Positions 34,616-46,328 of a stretch of DNA of 64,000 nt are shown one piece after another. The stretch lies in NCBI RefSeq assembly GCF_964355755.1, contig NC_092670.1:22058795-22122794 (forward strand), in the 5' to 3' direction. A model generated the notes under the pieces. It ran no database searches. It was not told the DNA's origin and was given only the letters and a program-made list of their open reading frames with translations. The position numbers and the translations under genes were made by a program. The stretch comes from Antedon mediterranea (lineage: Eukaryota > Animalia > Echinodermata). Within the stretch, counting starts at the first letter, position 1; every line of letters starts with the position of its first letter.

Positions 34616-37600
34616 ATGTCTTCTAAAACATCAAAATATTTCACCGGAAGAAATGATTCCTCCATGAGAAGATCATCTGAACGTTTAAAAGACAAATCAA
34701 CACCATCTTGCTCACACGAAAAACTAGACGAAAAATGTTCAGGAAAGCTATCAAGCAAACTTGGCAGAACAAGAAACATAAAGGCTGAAGTCGATGAACC
34801 AACAAATATGGTTTCAGACACCCAATTGCAAGGTGTAGATATTGCCACAAAGAGAAGTGTAAATGTTAAAAACGAACCAATCAAAGAAATCCTCAAAAAG
34901 AGTCCTCAAAAGAGATTAATTAAAGTGGAATATGAAGGTGTACAAGATACAAGCAAAACACAAAGTAAAAAAGTAAAGAATAAGAACTCTGGGCCTGAAC
35001 CAATGGAAAACACTGATTACAGCAAAAGGGTTTTGGACAGAAATGTTTGGCAGCCAGTTAACTGGAGAGATCAACTGGAAGGGATCAAAGAGATGAGGAA
35101 AATAAGAGATGCCCCAGTTGATACTATGGGTGCTTCTCAGATATGTGACATCTCGGCTGAACCAGCAGTTAGTGTTTCTTTGTTAATATTTTAAGATACT
35201 AGAAAACTAGTATATAAAATCTTGTATTTTTATTGATAATTTCTAATTCTGTTAACAGGTTTACAGATACCAGGTCTTGTTATCATTGTTACTGTCAAGT
35301 CAGACTAAAGATCAAGTGACATCAGCAGCCATGATGAAGCTTCGTGAACATGGGTTAAATATTGACAACATCCTGGCAACTTCGGAGGAGGATATTGGAC
35401 AACTCATATTTCCTGTTGGATTCTGGAAAGTAGGATTTTTAAAATGTTATTTTGTAAGATTATTAAAAAGTGGGTATAGAGGTCACATGTCATAACATAA
35501 TTCATTATTGAAGACTGATAAAAAAAAAATGCTGTGGAACTGTAACGATTAAGTCATCTCTCATGTTATTTATAGACCATACTGTATGTAAATGGGGAAT
35601 AAGCTGCGACTTCAGGGGCGGACACAGGGGGGTTGCCCCAGTTGCCCGGGCAACACCCTTAAATTTCATGCTAAAATTGCATTTTGCCGGAGATTCCCCA
35701 TCATTTAAGTATTTCTGTAGTACCCTATTTATATTCATTTTATGTCTGTAATATTCGACCAAATTTCCGTAGTAATTACGCACGTTCCAAACTTTTAAAT
35801 AGCAGTGTTTAACTGCTTCTTTTTGCAAATTTCGATCATCTTTTCTGAAGTGTAGTTTGTACAGTCGTGGATGATACATACCACAACTGTACACATTCAT
35901 TTATTTGTCTTTAGAGAAAAGCTGAATATATAAAGAAGACCACTCAAATTTTGAAGGACAAATACAATGATGACATTCCACCAACGTTACAAGAGCTAAT
36001 CAAACTTCCAGGTATTGGACCTAAAATGGCTCACCTGATAATGGACATTGCATGGGACGAGATATCGGGTATTGGAGTTGACACACATGTACACAGGATC
36101 TCAAACCGGCTTGAATGGGTTAAGAATCCGACAAAAACACCGGAACAAACACGAATTGCGCTTGAAGACTGGCTACCAAAGTAAGGCATTACCACAGTAA
36201 TGAAGTATGATGTTATACTAACACTAATGATATGTCAATTTTCATATTTTAGGCAGTCACAGAGCCCCGGCAGCCGAAGAGGATGCAATATTTGTATTGG
36301 TTCCTGGCAAAAGTGGAACCGTTCGCGATAACACATGCTGCTAGTTTTTTTAGCGATGTGCTTAGAATCCAGTATAGCTAAAATCCCTGCTAAAAGGATG
36401 CGATAAATTGTGACATTTTGACACGGGACATGCCAGGGACTTAAACTACTAATTTTACCCCATCATTTCCTGTGCTTGTGAAACCAAAATCTTTGGAAAT
36501 ATACCCCATAAATGCTGTACCTCCCCATATTTTAAAACACTTGTGCTACCAGGCTCACGAAAATATACCCCGTAAATGCAGGACCTCCCTGTATGGAAAT
36601 ATTTAAGAGTTTATTTCATATATCCAGTAGCTAGTAACTGACCAATTACAGGATGGATAAACTAAATAATGCTTATAAACTCATTAGGGAGTTAGAAACA
36701 GTGAATTACAACCCTGGCATAGGTCAGGATTGGATCTTAGGATTAGAAGGCAAGGACGATAACCACACAGCTACAGATCGGATCAGATTCCCCTCTTTCC
36801 AATAGAGAAATCAAGTTCTTTCTCATGTATGTGTGTCTATTATACACAACTGCACAATCTCTATTTATAAATAAATGCTTTACAAAAAAGACTATGACAT
36901 TTTGATATTTTAGTAATTGTTCAGAATATAATAGTACAGTAATACTAATTATACCCTCTAATGTTTAGAAACAACTCTTTATATACAGTCAAATGTCTCC
37001 CTCAACTTTATTGGCATACCAAAAGAATTCTAACAACCTTTTGACACTGGAAAGACAGCGCATTAAAAAAAGAATATTATATGTGATAATATGTAAGAAG
37101 TGTTTATAGCTTCATGTTGGTGGCATAAAATTCAATACAAATCTTTAAACATCCGTCATCATTAATTTATAGGGTGATTATTCAAAGCTCTACGATGACA
37201 TTGGGTTTAAAACATCCATTAACCTGCCAACTATTAGCCAATCACAAAACAATTTTGTTTAATCATTCAATAAACATTCTCCATTAACAAATATGTTTGT
37301 TTCATTGCCTTTTTTTCAAAGTACATTTACTTACGATTACTTATTTTAAAGATACAATTCCACTTTTGCAAAACGGAAAATGTCTGACGCAAAAACCAAA
37401 TGTGATCAAACATAATATTGGTAGACAAAATGCATTACCTGTATATTCTGAGCCATCAGCCGGATATTTAAGACTCGTAAACATGCAGTACTGAGTCATT
37501 ACATATTATTTAAAATATTACTTATTTTTAGTCGCGTGGAAGCGACTCTATAGTTCACTATGTCGGTCGGTTGGTCGGTCTGTCTGTCTGTTTGTCTGTC

Positions 37601-40247
37601 GGTCCGGTATCGCTATGCATTTTATCGCTTTCTGACCTTATCTTGATATCAGTTTAATCTAGCTAGGTCAATTTTTCACAGTATATTCCTTATGGCCAGG
37701 AATCAATGTGGTTATGTTTTCACGGTGCGCAATAAAAAATTACGCGGTCTACGCACGATTTAACGAAATCACGTTTGTAATCATATCTTCACAACCATGA
37801 ATCACAATTAAATAAAATTTGGTACTCATAAATTTCAGGGCATAAATCATCATATGGCAATACAATTACGTGCGTAGCGCATGTAACGCATGCGTACGCG
37901 CGCTTAAAATTTTCACAATTTATTTTCGATGAAATAAGAGTACGTTTCAGGCAATTTTAAGCGTTTACAAAATTTCCATGAGTGCGCATATTTTTGCGCG
38001 CGCACTGCGCGTTAAATGTTATTGCGCACTCTTTTTGCCCGATTTCTGTTTTCTTGACTTACTTTTCAACTCGAAATTACGTTATACGAGCACGTCAAAA
38101 GTGACAGGCTACGCACGTGTAAATTAAAAAAATATAAATGTTTTTAAACATTTCAACATTTTTAAACATGTTCAGTAATTTCGGTCAGTATAGTTCACTA
38201 TGTCGGTCGGTCGGTCTGTCTGTCGGTCTGTCGGTCTGTCTGTCGGTCCGGTATCACTATGCATTGTAGCACGCGACTTAATGGCTTTTGGCCTTGTTAA
38301 GATACAATGCCACTTTGCAACATGGAAAATATCAGAAAAACCAAATGTGATCAAACATTTAATATTGAAGATGACCAAAATGCGTTACCTGTATATTCTG
38401 AGCCATCAACAATGTGTAAAGCTCTGTCTACACTATCGAACTTTATGTGACAATAAATGTGCCCATACTGTATAGGGGCATGATGATGTCATATCACTAC
38501 CCTATTTAAGCATATCACTATTTGGGCACATCATAGTGTAGACAGAGCTTAAGACTCGCAAACATGTGGTACTGATTCATTAAAATTGTAATTATTTTAA
38601 TTTAATTTTTATTAGTTAATTTACAAAATAGAAATTTTAATAATTATTGATATTGACAATTTATGTATTTGTTTTTTATAATTAATGGTTGCTTTTATTC
38701 ATTGAAAGATAATAATCTACTACAGTATTTAATATAAATAAAATATACAATCTAATGTTCGTTTTATTAATTTATTGAGCTAACAGTACTACAGCACATC
38801 TTTAATGGATTGTAAGTCATAGCTGTTAATTGACGTATTGTAAATAATTCACAGTCACTGATCTTTTAATAACGTCTATTTTTACAAACTTCAAAGAAAA
38901 ACAGTGGATGTGGTTTTTGCGGTGACATAAAACAAAAAAAACAAGAGGAATTTGTGTAAATATAAATTACAAATGTGATGACAGATTTATTTCACAATTT
39001 GGTGAGATTTATTTAGCCATGCAGGAATTGGCTTAAACAATAATTCCCTTGGTTTGACTGAAGAATTTGTCGCTCAGAAACATAACAGATTTTTTTTTTA
39101 TATATGAAATTTTTATATTATTAATTAAAATACTAGCTTAATACTATCAGTGTACACCATACAAAGCATTTAATGTATAAAAGCACAGTTACATGTGTAA
39201 ACAAGTTTGTAGTTTTAATTAATATACAATTGGTTTTGTAAATAGAGGATTTAATAGAAAAAGAATGTTAAGAGGTAAATACTAATGAATGTTAATTTAT
39301 ACTAAAATAGATACTAAAAGTTAAAATTATGATATTAATGAGGGGAAAAATAGAAAATAATGAAAAAAAAATAGAAAATGTTTAGAAATTATGTAATGAA
39401 ACATTGAATGAATAAAGGTGGTGGTGAACAAATAAAGGAAAAAATAAAAAGAGGATTGAACTGAGTGCCACGCCTATGATTTGTTCCAAGTTGAATATTA
39501 ACTTTTAATAATAATTGGACATTGCAATATTTACAGATTTTATTTGACTTTTAAAACGTTAATAGTGATTGACAAATTGTGTTACAGTATATATATTTTT
39601 ACTCGAAATTTTTAGAACGTCATAATTTGTATATTTAAATTATTTTATAGAATGATGAATAACATTAATCAGTATATTTTTATAAACTCATATTTATTAT
39701 AATTTGTATTATATACCCCTTATTTAATTTTTTAACAATTTTAATGTCAAATTGTTATTACTGTAATGTACCGTACTCAAATAATTATCAATAGGATTAA
39801 CTGAACTGAACTAATATTTGTGATATTCTTTATTTTTACCCAAGTTTGTTCTTTTTTTTCCTCGTTAATATTTTTAACTGTTTCGTAAAACATAGGTTTG
39901 CCCTCTTGGATTGTTGTGATGTTGTTTTATACCAAAAAACACATAAATAAGTACAAACTTGTCAAAGTAATAAGCACAAGCTTTAATGTGACAATTTTGG
40001 AGGCTGAGTTGGTGATAGCTGTGATATGGTGATAACTTTTTAATTTATTCAATACTTGTATGTTTTCAGAGACCATTGGAGAGAAACAAATTTATTGTTG
40101 GTTGGTTTTGGTCAACAAATGTGTCTGCCTATTGGTCCACGATGCTCAGATTGTCTGATAAAGGAAACATGTCCTGTTGGCAAGAGCCTTAAGAATAAAG
40201 ACAAGAAATCACCCCGAAAATTGAAAATCAAGAAAGAAAAAACATAG
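34616..40247 (+). CDS. NTHL1: Endonuclease III-like DNA glycosylase/AP lyase
   Basis: Exons (34583/)34616-35167, 35259-35429, 35915-36180, 40070-40247. Motifs [18 protein letters not shown], Hh[22 protein letters not shown], and the 4Fe-4S motif C-X6-C-X2-C-X5-C ([17 protein letters not shown]). The true start is uncertain. Confidence 0.95.
36700..36780 (-). mobile_element. Degenerate tRNA-derived SINE-like repeat (copy 3)
   Basis: The reverse complement CTGTAGCTGTGTGGTTATCGTCCTTGCCTTC...AATCCTGA...AGGGTTGTAATTCAC aligns by eye with the 25540 copy. Confidence 0.45.
37525..38298 (+). mobile_element. Helentron-associated (HINE/DINE-1-like) non-autonomous element
   Basis: TTTTTAGTCGCGTG start and subterminal inverted CACGCGACT near the end. 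(GTCG/GTCT)n microsatellites lie within an internal direct repeat (37549-37620, 38189-38265). There is a 3' mini-hairpin GGCTTTTGGCC and a TT end. Confidence 0.7.
38420..38549. mobile_element. PIF/Harbinger-type MITE family A (representative copy)
   Basis: TAA|AGCTCTGTCTACACTAT...ATAGTGTAGACAGAGCT|TAA. Other copies at about 2813-2977, 28252-28371, 50267-50331, 56400-56522 and 58877-59042. Confidence 0.8.
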
Positions 40248-41552
40248 TAAGGGTAGGTGCTTTGGAGTGTGACGTTTCCATGGCCGTTTCCAGAATTGAA
40301 TTTCAGAAAGTGGATACTCCAACCCTCTAATTCAAAAATGGGACAGGTTGATTTTGGAAAAAAGACAAAACAAACAAGTATATTAACAAGTCTATAACAT
40401 CCGTTCTTGGACGCCTTCCATACGTGTAAGTATAGTAAAGAAAACATACCCTTTTCAAACTTGTACAAATGTTAATATTTGTAAATGACGGCTATGTTAG
40501 TTCAGCTGAGATTATTTAGTAGCAAACTAAATTTTGTTTTTTTAACATTTTGACTCTATTTATCAAGAGAGAAACTTTGCCATTGTAAAAGTTGTCTCCA
40601 CACACTATGTTTATTGATGTTGAAATACACGTCGTGACTTATTGGTACACAGTATGTACTATGTAAATATAAAATACTTGAACGTTTTAAGAGTTTTAAA
40701 ATGTGTGAAAAATAGTTATTGAGTGATTGTATTAATAATAATTCAAATACAAATGATAACAGTCTGTTTTGTAAATAAATTGTTCTCCTATGTCATTATG
40801 ATAATTTTAATAGTAGAACGGGCCTCTATTAAGTGAACACTTTGAAAAAAATATGTTCCCTTAATATTATATTAGTTCCTCAATGGGTTATGATAATTGG
40901 AATACAGTAGAGCCGGATCCTTTAAAAAGAAGGTGTCTAAATGTATGAACGCCAGGCTAGTGAAGTGAATTTTTCCAATTCTAAGACTTAATAATTGAAT
41001 TGGAGAAGGTTTTTTATATAGTAGATCTATTTTATTCTATCTTAAAAGTTAACTCGTGTAGGCCTACTCAAAAGCGGACTCTGAATGTGTTTGTCAGTGT
41101 TTGAGGGATTGACTCTATAATTTAAAATAATCTACGGGGGGTTATACGGGAAGGATGAACTCGTTTATTTTTTATTGAAAGAAATGGTTTTACAACTCGT
41201 TACGCCTGCTGCATCCACCACCAATACGCACTTTTCAAGTTCCAAAGCAAAAAAAGTACATGATTTACTTCAAAGGAAGTTATAAACATCGTTGTTTGTA
41301 TTTTGCGAATCTTAAAATATCGTGAACCAACTTTATCGACATTAATCATGGGTTGAGACAAAAAGAGCATTGTGTGAAAATTTATGAGAACATTGCTATT
41401 ATTTATGTTAGGCCTATAGAGAATGTTTCTTTATTTAGCGGCCAAACCCGGAACTTCTAATATGCCCATATTTTTGCGGGTCCTTGCAAATCGTGAAGGT
41501 TTAGAGGAATAAAAATACTATAATAGACTAGTCACGAATATTGGCTACTTAA

Positions 41553-41898
41553 ACATGTATTTCCCCCTGAATTTTTTTTTTTTATTTTTGTTGTCGAATA
41601 GGCCTATGCCATTTTAATGTCACATAATAGTTATCCACTTTGAACAAAAATTGAATCGAAAAAAAAATGTATTTACCTGGAAAAAAATGTAATTTAAAGC
41701 AAAAAAAATTGGTCAAATTGGCCGCCATATAATGGGTTTTGGATTTGAATTTGACAATTTTATATTATGAGAAAACATTTTGTTTTGGGGTTTTTTTACG
41801 GAAGGGATTAACTTTATTGAAACCACATTACAAAATAACATACTCAAAGTCTGATTTATTAATCTTCATTTTTCCTGTTTTTGGGAGACAATACATCT
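41553..41898. mobile_element. Kolobok-like MITE with TTAA target (second copy at 48541-48874)
   Basis: TTAA|A(C/G)ATGTATT...GACAATACATCT|TTAA. The internal sequence (CATAATAGTTATCCACTTTG, AAAGTCTGATTTA) is shared with 48541-48874. Confidence 0.65.
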
Positions 41899-42543
41899 TT
41901 AAAGCGAAAATTAGATCTCTTAAAATACGTAGTAAAATCGCGATAATGTAAGGACGCAGTCATTCATGGATCATAATGTTAACATGTGCACGCAATACAA
42001 TGGAGGATATGAAACCGAAACATGTGATAATGACATTGGTGATAATTACGTTGAACAATGCATTTGCTTCACAGAAAAATACACGCTACTGGCTTTCATT
42101 AAAAAGTTTTTTTTAAATACAGATTTATGTTCCAAATATTTGATATATTATTTGCTTCCTATTGGTACATTTGAAATGACAAATTATACCGTACAAAGCA
42201 TAAATTAAGACGAAAAAGGTGGTGGTATACTGTAAATTGAAATAATTTGTTGTGTTGAACAAAGACAAATTGAGACCACGTTGCGTTTATAACAGTCTCT
42301 TTAATTTAATCGTTCAAAATCAAACTTCTACATTGTTTGGTTTTTTTTTTTTCAAACTTAAAGTTATGTGTAAAACAAAATACATTTCCTATTAATTAAG
42401 ACATGGATAATACGGTATTGGTATTATACCAGTAATTTCCGATGCAAAGAGTGGTCCTTAATCAAATGAGCATGTTACTGTATTAGGAAATACATGAACC
42501 CCCTCCTTTTGAACGCGACACCTCTATTCAAGGGACATCTCTA

Positions 42544-42687
42544 CCAATTTACACAGACGAGCTGTAACGGTAATGCAATATATCCGGAGCGGACGGCTCG
42601 GGATAAATACAGATTCTACGTGGGACGACCTACGCGGTTTTCCGCTTACCGTTACCGCTACCGCTCGTCTGTTGTGTCTGGCCTTTA
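42544..42687. mobile_element. MITE family C (second copy at about 52231-52392)
   Basis: CCAATTTACACAGACGAGC...GCTCGTCTGT termini in both copies, with shared internal ACAGATTCTACGTG/CTACGCGGT in opposite orientation. Confidence 0.6.
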
Positions 42688-44243
42688 AGCGAACACTTTA
42701 CCTAATACTGTACGTAAAAACAATGGTTTGTTTGAGATTGAAAAAGGGAAAATTAATTATTTAGGCCTATGCAAATTTAGTTATTATTAAAAACTATTTA
42801 TTTATTCCACAAAAAAACATTTTAAAATAAAAGAGACAACAAAATATGAAATAACCAGTTATAAGGCCGTCGGTAAAAATAAGATTTTAGTTGGAACCAA
42901 AAAAACAGGTGACTTACAAATTCGGCTTATCATTGATGTTGGAATATATTTTTTAATGTCAAAAGGCTATACCTTAAGGTGTTTATTTGCAATTAACCGG
43001 GATGCGATGCAATTAATTCACGATAATTAAAAACATTGCAAATGCCTGTGGGATCACCTGGTTATGTTACCTGTAATAAGAGAAATGTTTACGTTCAACA
43101 AAAGAACCTCACAACAAATAAAGTTAGGCCGTCTATAGACCTAATAATACTGTATAAAAATCATTAACGCTATACGGTATACAAAATATAGAAAAAATTA
43201 TTAATCATGTGACATGATGACATAACAAAATAGTCCATTCGTTATTTATGGACAAGGTTCATGTTCAGGGCAGCAGTACACATTTTTCTATTTTATGGTT
43301 CTCTTTGTGGCGTGCGCAGAGTTGCTTAAAACAATACTTTATTGCGACATAAAATGCATGTTGGATTTTAACTACGTTATACATTAACGATATATATATA
43401 TTTCAATAATGTTACATACCGCAGGCACAATGCATGAGTGTAAACGGAAAAAATTGGATTGTTGGAAATAGTTTTTAAACAACGGACCAATATGCACTGG
43501 TGTGGGCCGAGGTTCAGGAGAAAAGAGACGTCAATAACAGTGTGCTTTGTCGGTTGTCCGACTATTCGGCCGAGACCTCGACAAAATTCTCATGACAGCA
43601 TTTCGACACATTTCTGGACATCTCGATATTTCGTACCGCTTGTCAAACTCTGTTATGATTTGAAGATAACATCCATACTAATGATTTAATATTTTTCTGT
43701 GAATATACTGATGAACTACTGCAATATTATAAATGTTTCTTCTATCTTCTTGGTATTAGTAGCATAAACACTATTAATAAACAATAATATAGGCCTAATC
43801 TGTACAGGTATCACTGTAAAAAATGTCACTCGTATACAGCGTAGTTAAGTTCCATGACACTGTTACGGTCTATTGTGCCTGATGAATTTGGTCTTGACTG
43901 ATCATGATTAGACCGGGCAATCGCGTACATCCTGACGTCAAATACAGTAGGACTAGGACTTGTATATAGTTGTTATAGTAAGACTAGAAAGAGTGCCACT
44001 TCAATCTTGTGGCAATGAACGTAAAGTGTCTCGGACGTGATTATAGCACGGCCGGATACGGAATGTTGTCTAAAAACTGGTTAATGTTCTTTATCTAACG
44101 TGTAAAAACTTGACGGTAAATACGCACATGTGTGGGCGTCTCTCTCCGTGTTGTAATGCACATGCCTACGTAACGAAATAGCCATAAGCGTAAAATGCAT
44201 TTATAGTTCATAACGTATTTTTTTACGCGTAAAATGCAATAAT

Positions 44244-44927
44244 CTAAATCTTCTTACACTGGCAACTGCATTTCGATGTTATTGGAAATGGCACCCGAAT
44301 CCACTTGCACCTGTACTTTGTGCCACGCTTTTCTCGTCGTCTGCCGTCTCTACCCTTACGAATACAATGCCAACGTAATGGTTGGATCGTCAACATTTCC
44401 GTCGAACGGCACTGCATACCCGAAGGCCATGAACACTTCTTTTGAACGCACTCACCTCGCTTTACCCATCGGGGCCAGAACAACTGACCAAGGTCGATCC
44501 ATTTGTATTCGATAGGACAATTTGATCTCTGCGTTAACCATTTTTCAAACACTGCTTCAGTATCGGCACTAATACGAACACGGTTTCCGTTATCGTCTCG
44601 ATATTTCATCGATAAATTTCGGAATTCGTCGATAAGATCGTTATCAATTTCATCAATGATACCCATGTTTTTATTCCTCGGTTCGTTTATGCTCATCCAA
44701 TGTGGTTCAAAATCATCACCTATTGCCTTTGTCAGTTTCGATAGTTTTAAATCCTTCTCAGTCGGAGGATTCGTAATGCTTTGTTTATCGTCAATCAATA
44801 TTGGTAAAATTTGTGAATCGCTTGCAATCAAAGTCGGGCGTTCAGACTGCTTTCTAGTTTTACTAGCCGCTTCGCAGTTCTCGACAAATATCGTCACCAC
44901 AATCACAAATACTGACCAAATCCTCAT
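44244..44927 (-). CDS. Secreted noggin-family cystine-knot protein (noggin-like), single exon, 227 aa
   Basis: Signal peptide MRIWSVFVIVVTIFVENCEA and noggin motifs PTEKDL, GDDFEPHWMS, WL...CPIEYKWIDLGQLFWPRWVKRGEC, CSWPSGMQC, LRWHC, CKWIRVPFPITSKCSCQC. Confidence 0.93.
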   Translation of the reverse strand: MRIWSVFVIVVTIFVENCEAASKTRKQSERPTLIASDSQILPILIDDKQSITNPPTEKDLKLSKLTKAIGDDFEPHWMSINEPRNKNMGIIDEIDNDLIDEFRNLSMKYRDDNGNRVRISADTEAVFEKWLTQRSNCPIEYKWIDLGQLFWPRWVKRGECVQKKCSWPSGMQCRSTEMLTIQPLRWHCIRKGRDGRRREKRGTKYRCKWIRVPFPITSKCSCQCKKI

Positions 44928-46328
44928 CTTTTACAACAATACTACTTTCAACTAGAATTAATTAAACTCGAATTCTTGTTGGTTATTTCGGCGATTTCGT
45001 AGACATTTGCAAACTCAAAATGCATGTGTTGTTTAGACTGATACTTAGCCAGACACTTTACGAATGGAAAGTGTTAATTTACAGTGCTTCGGTGAGCTAT
45101 TTCCGTGTCACCTCTGATGTCAGTATGGGAACATTGTCTGTCTCTGTTTATTGTCTTTCAGCTGTGAAATACACCTGAGATGCATCCCAAAAAGTGAAGG
45201 CCGACTTGGTGGGATGTCCTAACCTCCATCCAAAACCGCGTCAATCACTCGTTGCCATGACAAATACTTGTATAAACTGTTTTAGCAGCGCTTAACATTC
45301 GGGCTACGAATGGTGAGAAAAATATGTTTTCAGTTTGGTAGGGTGTTGAAAATTAAGTGGCGCTTGATGAGAAGGAATGCTATTCGAGTTTGTTTGAATT
45401 CTAAATCAAACTGTGCACTAAAGTAGGATAGGCGTGTCGATTTAAATCATGTGACTGTGCGCGTGAACGTTATTGGCTGTTGTGACTTTCGACACTGTTG
45501 TTGAAAGCTGGTTGAGAGTTTGATTTATTTGCGTTTATATTTCTTTTTAAGTAGTGCTGTTAATTTGTCTACTGGTATGACATGTGTATTGTGTAGGCTA
45601 GGAATGCAAGTTGACGCTGTTTACATGAAGGGTCACACGGGGAAACCTGTTCGGTCCCCTGTGGAGTTTTAATATTAAGCAGCCGCCTATGGTGGCATTA
45701 TGCGGTACAAAACTTGTCACTTTCGTTTTAAAATGTATTTATATACCAGTATCAAATACTGTATACCGTCTTTTATCTGTCGTTATTGTTGTCTTGATGA
45801 TGTTGATCATCATCATTTAACTGCATCACGCCATCTTCATTCATCTTTATTTTCTATAGTCACTTAATAAATGATAACGCCAATTTTGCCTCATACCAAT
45901 CAGATTTTCTGTGTCTCACTTGCCGCTGAGCAAAACCTATACACTTTTACTGTTTCATTAATTCTATCCTCATCATTTATCCTTACTGCAATTTGTAATA
46001 TCATTATGATCATATCATCTTCATATTATCGTAATCATACCGTAATCATTGTATAATAAATACATTTTCATTTTGTGTTATTGTATTTACAAAATCAAGA
46101 ATACCTACTATTCATTTTAAACATCAATGGGGACATAAACACTTTTATGTGTACGCATTGTTCACAATAAAAGGCCTATTATGGTACTGTGTCCTTCATC
46201 TCACGACGACACCACGAAAGAAACAGTTACATTTTGAAGCGTGCGTACAAAACTACCATTTTTCATTAATGTATCGAAATACGTTTGATAAAATAGCCTT
46301 TAATATAACATGATTATTTTAATCCTCC

